62,265 nt of DNA from a virus (IMGVR_UViG_3300042291_000296:1-62265), one strand, 5' to 3'. Shown: positions 39,601 to 47,872, numbered from the stretch's first letter. Made by a program: numbers and translations. Notes: generated by a model not told the origin, from the sequence alone.

Positions 39601-42600
39601 TAGAGCATTACAATCTATAACATGGGAAGCAGCAAGAGCTATTTTCCCTGCTAAAGAAAAAGCTAAATCTGGATACAAAGAAAAGATCTCTAACATATGG
39701 GATGAATTAGTTAGTGGAAATAAATCATTATATAAAGTTCAAGAAGAAATATTTAATCAATCACAAGACCCTAATATAACAGAGTGGTCTGAATACATAA
39801 ACATATTAAAAGATGAAAAAGCAAGAACAAATGTCAGTGGAAGAATTGTTGGATTGGAAGGGACTAGAGCCACCAATAACATGGGAGCAGTATCAGGAAC
39901 TAGTATCGGAGAATCCAAATCTTCAGGAAGAACTGGAGTATCTAGCAGAGGAGCCAAAATAAAACTCCAAAAGACCACACAAGAAACAAGAATGGACAAG
40001 GAGTCTGAGGATGTATTCAAGAAGTCATTAGATAGTGGAACAGATTGGGCCACATCTACTCAGGATGCACTAGACTACATACAGAAGTCAAATTGGTATC
40101 AAGATGCAACCGATATAGAGAGAGAACAGAAGGTAAGAGACTTTAAAGAATCTAAAAAACAGAAACTAAAGAAGGCACCATCTGTAGCTAAGATAATGGG
40201 CACGCCTAAACCAAAGATGGTTACAGTTAACGAGGCGGCTGCATTTAAAGATCAACTAAGACTAGAGGCCAAGGCAGCTAGAGAGGCTAGGGGTGACCTA
40301 AACTTTAAAAGAAAGTCGTTGTCTGATGCCATCAAGTCAATGGCTAAACTTGGAAAATTAAAGGTGAGCCAAGCGACCACAATCATCACAAGAGTTAGTA
40401 AAGTAAATCTTGATAGTTCAGTACAGGTTGACAGACTTATTGACTACGCAGCCAAAGTATTCGAGAGGGCAAACTATCAAGATAGATTAAATGATGCATT
40501 CTCTTACAAAAGGGCTATCAGAAAGTTATTAAAGACAAACAATCAGGCACAGGTTGTTGGCATGGCCAATGAGTTTACAAAGCTAGACCCATCTATGGTT
40601 GAAAATATAGAGGAATATATAGATATTGCTGAGAAAGTTAAGAAAGCAGTAGCTCCATCAAGAGCTAAAACATTTACTATTGACAACGATAATTACTTTG
40701 ACATGGTATTAAAACAAGCTACAAACATAGAGGCGGTGTCAAAATTTGTAAAAGATGAACTTGAAAAACAAGATCAACAATTAAAGGATGAGCTCTTGGC
40801 TACTAATAATGAGCTATTAGAATCTGGGTTTATATCTCGTGACATGACGGCAAAACAAATACAAGGAGTTATTGATTCAATGAAAAAGGATCCAGCATAT
40901 AAAATGGATAGCAAAGAAAAGGAAGGTTACATGATGACTTACCTATCACAAAGATTTAATTCATTGGCAGAAGTAATTTCAGACATTATAAAAACAAATC
41001 AAAATCCAGTTACTGGAGAAAGGGTAGCTATAGATCAAAAAGATGTAGCTATAATGTCAGATTTATTGAAGGTTGATCTGTCAGAAATGGGTGTCAGAGA
41101 TGCTCTTTTTATTGTTGAGGCAATGGACAACTTTATAACTAATGGAATCACTAGCAAGCTAGAGGGAGCCTTGTCTGCATACAAGGGGCAAATGGGTCTT
41201 AAAGAAGAGATAAAGTCGGGTAAGGTTGCTAGACCATTAAGGCTTTACTTTACTAAAAAAGCAGGCAGGGAGTTTGCAATTGAGTTTACACCTCTTCCAT
41301 TAATGATAGAGAGGATGTTTAATGGAGTTAAAAGTGGAATAAGTATAATGAAGTCTATGGGACTTTCTATTGTTATTAATGGTGTTAATAAGGCAAATTA
41401 TCTACACAACAAGATAATAGATGAGTACTACAACAAATTTATAAGGAAGAGTAAAACATTTCATACCCCTGAAAATGTATACGAAAGGGGTATGCTGGCC
41501 TTCTTGAAAAGAAATGTTACTGGTTCATTAGAAGAAATGAAGGCAGAGACAAATAGAAGAGTTAAAATGATAACACAAAGTATTACTACTTTAAAGAATA
41601 AAGGAGATAAATCACAAAAAGCTATGGCAGAAATTTATCAAAAAGTATTTGATAAGTTAGACGTAAGCACTGGAGACATAGACGTGATTGAATCAAGGGC
41701 ATCAAAAGAAAATAAAGATGCTGTTAACTGGTGGATAAACCAGTGGTCTAAACACTATAAAGATCTTTCTGATGTAAGTTTGTCGGTGTATAACTATGAC
41801 CTAGGAAGTGACCTTAACTATACCCCAGATAAATATAAGTTAATAAAAACTGAAGAGTTTGATCAAAAATTAATAGAAAGAAACTCATCGTTCTTGATTA
41901 GCATGGATAATTATACAGACAAAGAAAAAACAGGGGTTTTGATGCAATCAACCAGACCTAATGCTATGGAAGAAGGTAGATACCTGAGCTTTGATTTTGA
42001 TGCAAATAACTCTAACTCACTTAAGGGTGCACTAGTAGATATAAATACAGCGGCTGGAATAAGACAGATAGATGGATTTTTAAATTCAAAATTATTGGAT
42101 AAGCTGATACCAAGTACTGAAGATAGAGATGCATTAGTAATTAGAGTAAATAGATATATAAGAAGGTCTAAGGGTAAGATATTTATGCCTAAAGATTTGT
42201 ATAAGGATGTAGATTCGGTTATCAATTTTGCTGCGAGACTTGGTGTTGGTAAGGCACTAGGTGGTGTGCTACAGTCGGTAAAACAAACAATACCTATTGC
42301 AATAAGTACAGCTATAATGACAGGAAGGTTTAATATACCTAGCGTTAGTTTCAATGAGTGGCTAAACAAGACTGGCATGCCAATAGCAAATCGGGGTTTA
42401 GATTCACTGTCTGCTATAGAATCTGTAGACAGAAGACTGGACGCTAAGGCCACAGGGTTTAATAAACCATTAAAGTGGGTTCAAAAAACACAACAGCTAT
42501 ATCTAAAGTGGTTCTTATCAAAGCCAGATGTAATGATTGCAAGGATGGCATTCCAGTCATACTACTTACAGTATATGAAAGAGAGTTCTATTGACTGGGC

Positions 42601-44002
42601 TAATCATACCCCAAATCAAGATGCATTAAACTATGCTGAGGCTATGGTTGGTAGACAACAAAATATAAATGATCCAATGCTTGGTGGAGAATTCTTAACT
42701 GCTGAAGATAGTATGAAGAGGATATCTAAAAAGGTATTACTTCCATTTGCTTCTTTTGGATTAAATCAAAAGGCTAGATTAAATTCAGATTTAATTAACA
42801 TGGCTTCTAAGACAACTAGCGTTGAAGATAAAAAGATTGCATTTAAATCAGCTACTGCTACACTAGCAGAGATGGTTGCGTACAGAGCTATAGCTGTTGG
42901 AATTAGTTATGGGTTCTATAAGTCCGCTGAAGCTATAATTAAAAATTATGTGGGTGACGATGAAGATGATGATGACGATGAGGAAAGAGACAAGAAGTGG
43001 TTTTTAAGTTCTGTAAAATTCCCCCTTAAGTCAATGATAAACGACCTTATATCACCTCTTCCACTAACAGATGAATATGTTACAATGGGAGCCGACTATA
43101 TTCTATCTCAATATACTGGATACACTGAAGCTGAATTAGATGAACTAGTTAAAAATGAAAACGAGATAAGAGGATTAAAGGGTCTAGATCCATTGGAAGG
43201 TCGGCAGCTAAAGAAGTTTAGAGAAGAAGAAAAGAAAGAAAGCTTATATCAACTTGCAGGTAAATATGAAAGTAGTGCGTTTGGAATGGGATCAATTTTT
43301 TATGATGCAGCTAAAAAGTTTTATTATGAATATCAGTTAGCTATGACTGGGGAATTTAAGGATGAATATAGAGGAAATGTAACCACTAAAAAGATAAGAC
43401 CAGTGGAGCAAGAAGTAATTAAAAATAGTCTTTACTTCTCTGCTTTGTATCTGTTAGAAATACTTCCAAAAGAAGCAGATCAAATGACCACAAAAGTTGT
43501 TAACATGATTAAAAAGAATGCCATGTCTGAGCCACAATATGAAAAATATGAAGGCTTTAAAAAAGAATACAAACGTGAGCCTAGTTATTTAGAGATGGCT
43601 TTAATTAGATCTGAAAAAAAACAAGATTACATAGAAACTGAACTTAATTTTATTAAGGATGAGGGTGGATTAAGCTTAGTTCAATCTAAAGAATATGTTA
43701 AAATATTTAATTTAATAAACGAAGTTACACCTGATGATCTTTCTAAAATAAAGGAAGGTCAAACAGCTGATCAAATTATTAAATCTTTGAAAAAAGAATA
43801 CAAAGAACAAATTTCTGAGGTAGAAACTGAAACAGAAGGAGACGGAGGAGAGGTATTGCAACCAACAAAAAAAGAAGTAGTGGTCGAAGAGATATTAAAA
43901 CCAACTGAAAAAAAGAAAGAAGTCGAAGAGGTATTACAACCAACTAAAATAAATGAAGAAATAGAAGAGGTACTTCAGCCGATAAAACCGCCTAGTCTAT
44001 AA
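33662..44002 (+). CDS. Giant (3446 aa) polyvalent ejection protein with zincin, HhH-like and putative SAM-lyase-like domains
   Basis: Last gene of the virion module; HEAFH (37811) plus EEF; WY...SPQ..W..N...KVRNFY.NI...VTIDTH...LQSITW; GATFN domain at 37085-37395. Confidence 0.75.
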   Translation: MAEIDDENIVNEDNQYSRVDNTTTEPPFKFSLDQYLSDLTVDPITTVPEVTVTPNDGLSSYMRTYLNNIQSGAKKAMSNVDFSYLGGVFEKGYEGALRVVDQNIQALNISEEDRANIYKDQKKIDQYVQVYNNWRDSGGTGEFVLFNPDLDPETEFSAEKLGTQLSKREKKLTQEEMRKQNETVVRSNKITSANLNIKPKPLPNKIATTFDENTGGYITEYQPIENKTLEQEISTEVIPSYIAQTKFYEKLEENATAKSIISFNRIMEDKRNPALGFFENVVPKEVLESSLKQIQNNYTADGYLAYTKANNLPAELDVNTLNNHFKGTDIYFDMDNGELRVNYGTATERALQESPADSWLMQAYEYFSYAESVGQNSLVFDPSNPEELSQWIQTTLLTAEEEKSINTGDVEKNRNNYYKLQLSHPEKFQSSQIDTKAINNYVVKQKEQVIYIAKRLESDKNELDKLKGTETIIKYDNLAKEFTTLNDKLTGIKKNLEGKKNPSEKDINDYNLQVENLNKIYQSIEQLKKTDEFSYYSDLNKSFVRNSEDLVKLNENAKTIEEQNKVVVAKKYIEKEAQGSFVGNIASGLYTGMMEKAESSVVLALDAAVGTGLIKVDDLFGPSYAVDLDKSDTQKYNEFKRELSNVFDNEIINRYTEAAFGTTEEYAQSDKRNDFEKSARMVSESLGAMAGGGGNKYLTLFGFFSQSYNAINKEMRGEEFDDLTSFEKNILAVPVSIAVGYLDKLGAKISLGDPLVEKLLLKTLAKAVTEIPKDATIEYVESVVKKSIANQIALGTLKIVGSSFAEGFTEGGQEVATMSAKAIFNEYHKKDLFNLPDITTEKGRQEAKDIVLENLYYGTIGGGIMSSGEQSVSALKNGFDNSKADAKFDLLYNTITDPELILTAKNAIKLDLANKKITRETAEQRMESVNSVYSLFKSIPKELSTEQKKEAFNLIREKQTIEKEIEGKDPALVNAQKTRVSEINESLKTISNNAAKETTNKQQAGTAEGGVSEYQGTSEGQPEGGQVEGGQRKATVNETDSRNSTIPSKVQEEVTTYRAEEQAELLKVIPKIENYKVNGEIDKTLMPKTVLDKYNKVYNKYDNLISPLLETTGEITINKPAIATNTTAEVSRVKSLKEVDEDGATFNIDGVKYEGPGLVVPVISMNTTMEEITPEMISNFVEEHSDKIGDSETVKVGIYKFPNSNQVSIDLNILAPESSRGQAIEFGRLSGQESLFDMSTFENVKTGATGENPMQFTPKQFKEIAKALKEGRMPNVFDSKATTAKKIDYKQNLVTPENSREVASKQDTPLKQKIAKSAAMIMKSLPGVKIYLHNNQSEMHQAIADTTGRNVDDISDEVGNAAGAQIKKEIHVNMDTAKETTILHEAFHEAILRSGKSFQTITDFANGLKNIISDKDVKAKLDKFISMYNESDRAEEFLSELGAIMSEAETELTTTKFQKFLNLINRIARSLGLPVIIKSSATAQEAVDFINYMSKSLRTGKAIEGDYRGEGKIKRQDIELNAEIKKSLSEQDSIKIAKEVVDKTIKGKAIPTWVQKKTSNKVKFVSFSGEINQKNVKENAPSSYNSTAAKFSNYNTFNINVKQELNNSLAGASKESINKALEHNKNKLLPKINSLLKEIVKIKSNKKLTKEEKLSKISLRNEAIVNIKKIAKMKDLNDQLNAVLNIEHKSTKDSLYNSMFYDLSTNLKRLKGLELENKSEGIYKKAKDIVKSNLLSVYNSVSPRIRQISKLWYDGANLIAQDMANNYELTNEQAAAIIATQSPQMPWFDNLHLADVIMNLMHSESNSIFTKELFDYYVSKSEGYAEQKKYIPTLLKAIGTPLSKLSDLDAAIFIRAYYDTKLSRKAPIRIPTGTAISEDQKGDSSFSGYSVIAKGISIFRDGSIENISNQLGEANKVRNFYMNIADPSDKRAVTIDTHAMAIALFKPLASNDYEVNFDAATFAFYADAYRELADELGIEARALQSITWEAARAIFPAKEKAKSGYKEKISNIWDELVSGNKSLYKVQEEIFNQSQDPNITEWSEYINILKDEKARTNVSGRIVGLEGTRATNNMGAVSGTSIGESKSSGRTGVSSRGAKIKLQKTTQETRMDKESEDVFKKSLDSGTDWATSTQDALDYIQKSNWYQDATDIEREQKVRDFKESKKQKLKKAPSVAKIMGTPKPKMVTVNEAAAFKDQLRLEAKAAREARGDLNFKRKSLSDAIKSMAKLGKLKVSQATTIITRVSKVNLDSSVQVDRLIDYAAKVFERANYQDRLNDAFSYKRAIRKLLKTNNQAQVVGMANEFTKLDPSMVENIEEYIDIAEKVKKAVAPSRAKTFTIDNDNYFDMVLKQATNIEAVSKFVKDELEKQDQQLKDELLATNNELLESGFISRDMTAKQIQGVIDSMKKDPAYKMDSKEKEGYMMTYLSQRFNSLAEVISDIIKTNQNPVTGERVAIDQKDVAIMSDLLKVDLSEMGVRDALFIVEAMDNFITNGITSKLEGALSAYKGQMGLKEEIKSGKVARPLRLYFTKKAGREFAIEFTPLPLMIERMFNGVKSGISIMKSMGLSIVINGVNKANYLHNKIIDEYYNKFIRKSKTFHTPENVYERGMLAFLKRNVTGSLEEMKAETNRRVKMITQSITTLKNKGDKSQKAMAEIYQKVFDKLDVSTGDIDVIESRASKENKDAVNWWINQWSKHYKDLSDVSLSVYNYDLGSDLNYTPDKYKLIKTEEFDQKLIERNSSFLISMDNYTDKEKTGVLMQSTRPNAMEEGRYLSFDFDANNSNSLKGALVDINTAAGIRQIDGFLNSKLLDKLIPSTEDRDALVIRVNRYIRRSKGKIFMPKDLYKDVDSVINFAARLGVGKALGGVLQSVKQTIPIAISTAIMTGRFNIPSVSFNEWLNKTGMPIANRGLDSLSAIESVDRRLDAKATGFNKPLKWVQKTQQLYLKWFLSKPDVMIARMAFQSYYLQYMKESSIDWANHTPNQDALNYAEAMVGRQQNINDPMLGGEFLTAEDSMKRISKKVLLPFASFGLNQKARLNSDLINMASKTTSVEDKKIAFKSATATLAEMVAYRAIAVGISYGFYKSAEAIIKNYVGDDEDDDDDEERDKKWFLSSVKFPLKSMINDLISPLPLTDEYVTMGADYILSQYTGYTEAELDELVKNENEIRGLKGLDPLEGRQLKKFREEEKKESLYQLAGKYESSAFGMGSIFYDAAKKFYYEYQLAMTGEFKDEYRGNVTTKKIRPVEQEVIKNSLYFSALYLLEILPKEADQMTTKVVNMIKKNAMSEPQYEKYEGFKKEYKREPSYLEMALIRSEKKQDYIETELNFIKDEGGLSLVQSKEYVKIFNLINEVTPDDLSKIKEGQTADQIIKSLKKEYKEQISEVETETEGDGGEVLQPTKKEVVVEEILKPTEKKKEVEEVLQPTKINEEIEEVLQPIKPPSL
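36639..36824 (+). CDS. Nested +1-frame small basic protein (MPLKK...SANIKEL...KQIVAIALSQA)
   Basis: Matches a recalled widespread phage small-protein pattern; the host frame here is a low-complexity linker. Confidence 0.7.
   Translation: MPLKKPQTNSKQAQQKAVSANIKELVKDNQKAGKSKGDNGKPRSMKQIVAIALSQAKYKKK
39813..39962 (+). CDS. Nested +1-frame small acidic protein (49 aa)
   Basis: Translated by hand: MKKQEQMSVEELLDWKGLEPPITWEQYQELVSENPNLQEELEYLAEEPK; A-rich leader; host frame is a G/S/R linker. Confidence 0.55.
   Translation: MKKQEQMSVEELLDWKGLEPPITWEQYQELVSENPNLQEELEYLAEEPK
43846..43985 (+). repeat. Four EE(V/I)L(Q/K)P(T/I) peptide repeats at the giant protein C-terminus
   Basis: EVLQPT, EEILKPT, EEVLQPT, EEVLQPI. 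Confidence 0.8.
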
Positions 44003-44153
44003 TGGCATAGTTGTAGCACCAATGTAGCATGTCAACTTGACGCTGTAGAAATAATGGATGGTAAGAAATTTCAATACGAACCCTTACGTTCTTCTTTTTA
44101 TATATGTAGTCCTCAACTGCGGCACACATTGCCTCTATTGTTATATTTTCCAT
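43992..44153 (-). CDS. Small hypothetical protein (53 aa)
   Basis: Translated by hand: MENITIEAMCAAVEDYIYKKKNVRVRI...; TATATTTG box 3 nt upstream. Confidence 0.6.
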   Translation of the reverse strand: MENITIEAMCAAVEDYIYKKKNVRVRIEISYHPLFLQRQVDMLHWCYNYAIID

Positions 44154-44212
44154 AAGCAAATATACTATTTTTTAAAATTAATAACAATAAAATATACTGT
44201 ATCTTTGTCGAT

Positions 44213-44851
44213 ATGGCATACTTAAATTCAAACATTCCTACCATAACTTGTCTTATAAGAAACGAGTTCTTATTTAATAATGAACAGGGTCAAGGTGAGC
44301 ACACATTGGCTGACGTGCATTCAGTTGCATCTATACAAAAAAGAGTCCCATTGTTTGAAGCATTTTTAGAGAATGGGGTTAATTGGACTAGAAGACCTAT
44401 AAACGCATTTTGTTGGAAAAAAGACGCTGAGATTTTGCCACTTACAGAACACATCTACTGGGATTGTTTTTCTTCTTATATAGACGTGCAGGTAAGAGAA
44501 AGAATGTTTGGGTTACGGGCAGATCTAATCTCTATAACAAAAGTAAAAAGACAGGGTGTATATATGTTTACCCTTGATTGGTCACATGAAAATAGAAATA
44601 TGTTAGATACAAATTTTTCTGAAACACCAGAGCATAAGTGTGGTCACGTATTTAAAATGGATAATGGTAATTACTTTATCTATCCTAATAACAGGATCAT
44701 ATGGATAGATAAAGCATGGACATATAATCGTATATCAGAAAACCCAGGATATAAAATTGACATGAATATATACTCAGTGGAAAATGATAACCAATATGAA
44801 ACTGATTATAGTTATATTACAGAATTTACTGAAAACAAAAACAATGGCTGA
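44213..44851 (+). CDS. Conserved phage hypothetical protein
   Basis: YLNSNIP, WDCFS, YMFTLDW, EHKCGHV and YPNNRIIW motifs; function unknown. Confidence 0.75.
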   Translation: MAYLNSNIPTITCLIRNEFLFNNEQGQGEHTLADVHSVASIQKRVPLFEAFLENGVNWTRRPINAFCWKKDAEILPLTEHIYWDCFSSYIDVQVRERMFGLRADLISITKVKRQGVYMFTLDWSHENRNMLDTNFSETPEHKCGHVFKMDNGNYFIYPNNRIIWIDKAWTYNRISENPGYKIDMNIYSVENDNQYETDYSYITEFTENKNNG

Positions 44852-45131
44852 ACAAAAAAAAATGAAGACTGCTGCATGGACACGCAGTGCTGGTAAATCA
44901 AAATCAGGTGGATTAAATGCTAAAGGCGTTGCTAGTTATAGGGCTGATAACCCTGGAAGTAAACTTAAGATGGCAGTAACTACTAAGCCATCTAAAATTA
45001 AACCAGGGAGCAAGGACGCTAAAAGAAGAGAAAGCTTTTGCGCTAGAATGTCTGGTATGCCAGGTCCTGCTAAAAAACCAAACGGAGAACCTACGAGGAA
45101 GACCCTTGCATTAAAAAAATGGAACTGTTAA
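44844..45131 (+). CDS. Small basic conserved phage protein (DUF6321-like)
   Basis: AWTRSAGKSKSGGLNAKG, RRESFCARM, ALKKWNC. Confidence 0.75.
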   Translation: MAEQKKMKTAAWTRSAGKSKSGGLNAKGVASYRADNPGSKLKMAVTTKPSKIKPGSKDAKRRESFCARMSGMPGPAKKPNGEPTRKTLALKKWNC

Positions 45132-45380
45132 GGCAAAATATAGTTTACAAAAAAGGGCTAATATGTTAACTATATTATACATTATAGCATCATTTTGGCT
45201 ATTATGTTGGCTATAACCAACCCTTATACCAACCTTATTCTGGAAAAATTCATGCAAATAAACGGTAGTTATCCGATTATACCGTAAAATTGTGTCACAA
45301 ATCTTGGCAATATTTTGACCAAAATGTCAACTTAAATGCGTGAAAAACTTGACAATTAAGCGCATTTCCTATGATTGTGA

Positions 45381-46484
45381 TTAAAATAGGTGCGTGAGTC
45401 TAGCCACCTGGCCGTGCTCCTTGTGGTGTATGAATGCCTCGACCGCCTGTGGTGAATGCTGATACCCGTTACGGTGGTGCCAACTATCAGTGCCAGAGGG
45501 ACTTCTAAGTGTCTCAACATTTACAGACATGAAATCTTTCGAAGATTTATGGTGAACATGGTGCCCATAAATATATCTGTGCCTGCACTCGTGCCATGAC
45601 GAACCAGACTCATGTGCCATAAGCAACGGAAGGTTGGCAATCTTAGCACCATCCATGTGTGTAGATCCGATTAAGTTCTCACCATACACAGAGTACTTCC
45701 TGTGTCTCATGTCATTATTAAATGTGACATTTTTTGATTTAATGAACCAAGCCTCAACGCACTGTAGTAGCATGAACCCAGACATGAAGTCATGGTTACT
45801 TGGGTTATACACGACCTCAACGTCTGCAATAGCAGACAGTGTCTCAATTATGTCTACAAGTAACTTCTTTGCTGTTACAAAGTTCTCGTACCACATGCCG
45901 TCAGTGTCCTGTGGTGTGCCTGATGTGGTACCTCTTTTTGGGTTGTCGATGTGGAGTATGTCGTTGCCAGTGATGAATATTATCTTGTCGATATTAAATC
46001 CACTAGACTTATTTAGTATGCCCTGTAGTCCCTCCTTAACCCTCTGAACTGCTATCTGAGAGTTGTAGTCCTCACCAGTCTCAAAAGACGAGCACAGCTT
46101 ACCTATGTGGATGTCAGCTGGGTCAAACACTAGGCAGTGACCGTCCTTAATCTTATCCCTCTTTATTTTTTTATAATTAGGTGCCCAAGTCTTTACCTCT
46201 TCAATTAAGTCACTTTGAAATTGATCAAGGTCTACCTTATTGGATGCGTTTATTGAGAACTGCTTGCCCTTGTACCAATAATAATTTACTGTCGCTGGAT
46301 CAATACCAACCTCATTACATTCAGTATATAAGGCTCTGTTTTTTATGTAAGTAGAAACACCTTTTCTTAGGGTATCGTTATATTCAATTCTGAATTCTTT
46401 CGATATCAACTTAGATATCTCTGTCTTATTTTTTTGACCGCCATTAAATAATTCAATAGCTCTGTCATAGTAAGTAGTTTTCAT
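45381..46484 (-). CDS. Calcineurin-like metallophosphoesterase with N-terminal extension
   Basis: DIHIG, GNDILH, PSNHD, THMD, GHHVHH metal-binding motifs. Confidence 0.88.
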   Translation of the reverse strand: MKTTYYDRAIELFNGGQKNKTEISKLISKEFRIEYNDTLRKGVSTYIKNRALYTECNEVGIDPATVNYYWYKGKQFSINASNKVDLDQFQSDLIEEVKTWAPNYKKIKRDKIKDGHCLVFDPADIHIGKLCSSFETGEDYNSQIAVQRVKEGLQGILNKSSGFNIDKIIFITGNDILHIDNPKRGTTSGTPQDTDGMWYENFVTAKKLLVDIIETLSAIADVEVVYNPSNHDFMSGFMLLQCVEAWFIKSKNVTFNNDMRHRKYSVYGENLIGSTHMDGAKIANLPLLMAHESGSSWHECRHRYIYGHHVHHKSSKDFMSVNVETLRSPSGTDSWHHRNGYQHSPQAVEAFIHHKEHGQVARLTHLF

Positions 46485-46635
46485 GTGTTTTTTGGAGGTC
46501 CTTTAGGACTTTAATTAAATTTAAAATATTTGATTTTAATTCATCATCATTCTCATCCATAAGAGCTTCGTAAATATTATCAGTGAGTTCATTTATCTCT
46601 GACATTGTACTATTTACATAATTTACTATACTCAT
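46465..46635 (-). CDS. Small helical hypothetical protein
   Basis: MSIVNYVN...IYEALMD; TATATTTG box upstream on the minus strand (~46663-46670). Confidence 0.55.
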   Translation of the reverse strand: MSIVNYVNSTMSEINELTDNIYEALMDENDDELKSNILNLIKVLKDLQKTHENYLL

Positions 46636-46676
46636 ATATTTATTATTTAATATAAAGATTAGCAAATATAAATAAA

Positions 46677-46931
46677 TTAATACTTATATGACACATTTGA
46701 TAAAAAAAATATATTTTTTATTTCATATGTCATTGTGTATTTGTGTATATCATTTACTCTTGCTACATCTTCTATGGTGCTAATAAATATTGGATTTAAA
46801 TTATTGTCTAAGGTTATTGGTTGTTTTTCAACAGTTCTGTGTACCCTAGATAGCTTGCTTGACTTAGATATTGGTAACAATGTGACACTAATATCTGCAC
46901 AGTATACAGCTCTTAAAGGTCTAGTAACCAT
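46677..46931 (-). CDS. Hypothetical protein
   Basis: ORF tiling the minus-strand operon. Confidence 0.5.
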   Translation of the reverse strand: MVTRPLRAVYCADISVTLLPISKSSKLSRVHRTVEKQPITLDNNLNPIFISTIEDVARVNDIHKYTMTYEIKNIFFLSNVSYKY

Positions 46932-47194
46932 TGCCTAAATATAGTGCCCATATTAACGACCTGTGTGTAGAACTCCATTAAATCTTCATCTGATTCATTA
47001 ACAACTCTTTTGTTTAGTGAGTAGCCCATCTTGTCTACCTCTGTAATAAAGTCATTGCCAGACTTCTTTACCTGCCTGTTGTACAGGTGTGGGTACTCAT
47101 CCCTTACATCCTCCATGAAGTCCATCATTACTGGTAAAATGGCTACCAAGCAGGCCAGCTTCTTCTCGTTGCTTATAGATTTCTTTTTCGTCAT
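46913..47194 (-). CDS. Hypothetical protein
   Basis: ORF tiling the minus-strand operon. Confidence 0.55.
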   Translation of the reverse strand: MTKKKSISNEKKLACLVAILPVMMDFMEDVRDEYPHLYNRQVKKSGNDFITEVDKMGYSLNKRVVNESDEDLMEFYTQVVNMGTIFRQWLLDL

Positions 47195-47429
47195 TGCTTA
47201 GATTTTTAAATGAATATTTTTTTTCTGTTAACATTTCTTCTTCGGTAAAGTATGCCTGATCTTTGTGTCCAAAAACAGCAACGCTTTTCTTTAGGGAAAA
47301 GAATGCATGTATTGACATGAAACTTATACCTAACTTCTTTGCTATTTTTCGCATACTATATCCCAACATGATAAGTTCTTTTATTTCATGGTACTTGTCA
47401 AGTATCAACTTCTCTTTTGCCGTTCCCAT
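47097..47429 (-). CDS. HTH DNA-binding protein
   Basis: GYSMRKIAKKLGISFMSIH helix-turn-helix; start at MGTAKEK. Confidence 0.6.
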   Translation of the reverse strand: MGTAKEKLILDKYHEIKELIMLGYSMRKIAKKLGISFMSIHAFFSLKKSVAVFGHKDQAYFTEEEMLTEKKYSFKNLSNDEKEIYKQREEAGLLGSHFTSNDGLHGGCKG

Positions 47430-47661
47430 CTTGTATATACGCCTTGATTCCATGATTATGAAGTTCTTTAATTCGATAAATTTGTAGTGGTCTTGGCTTC
47501 TTGCCGTCACGCTTTACCTCTATAAACTCAACGTCAGAGTTCTTTGGTATCGCTATTAGATCAGGTATCCCTGGCTTGTTTGTCATTGATAGCTTTATAA
47601 CATAATAGCCATCAGCCTCCAGCTTCTTTATTATCTTTGCCTGTATCTGTTGCTCGGTCAT
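47398..47661 (-). CDS. VRR-NUC nuclease
   Basis: EQQIQ, GIPDLI, FIEVK, PLQ PD-(D/E)XK motifs. Confidence 0.9.
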   Translation of the reverse strand: MTEQQIQAKIIKKLEADGYYVIKLSMTNKPGIPDLIAIPKNSDVEFIEVKRDGKKPRPLQIYRIKELHNHGIKAYIQDGNGKREVDT

Positions 47662-47872
47662 TGAATATGCAATAGTGCTTGTCTAAGTGTTTAGTAAGCT
47701 TACTTAAGTCAGCAAATCTAACAAAATTCATGTCACTATCCAATACCTTTGCCTCTTTTATTTTAATGCACCCATCTTCAAATGCATACCTTGATATCTG
47801 TATTACTAACTTAGTTGGTACCTCTAGGTCAAAGGTCTTTATCAACAACTGCACCATCGGATCGTTTATCAT
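47612..47872 (-). CDS. Hypothetical protein
   Basis: ORF tiling the operon. Confidence 0.5.
   Translation of the reverse strand: MINDPMVQLLIKTFDLEVPTKLVIQISRYAFEDGCIKIKEAKVLDSDMNFVRFADLSKLTKHLDKHYCIFNDRATDTGKDNKEAGG

Noticed and set aside
33662-44002. crAss-like virion RNA polymerase in the giant protein
   Set aside because: No DxDxD (DFDID/DFDGD) catalytic motif seen; the closest, FDFDANN near 41990, lacks the third Asp.
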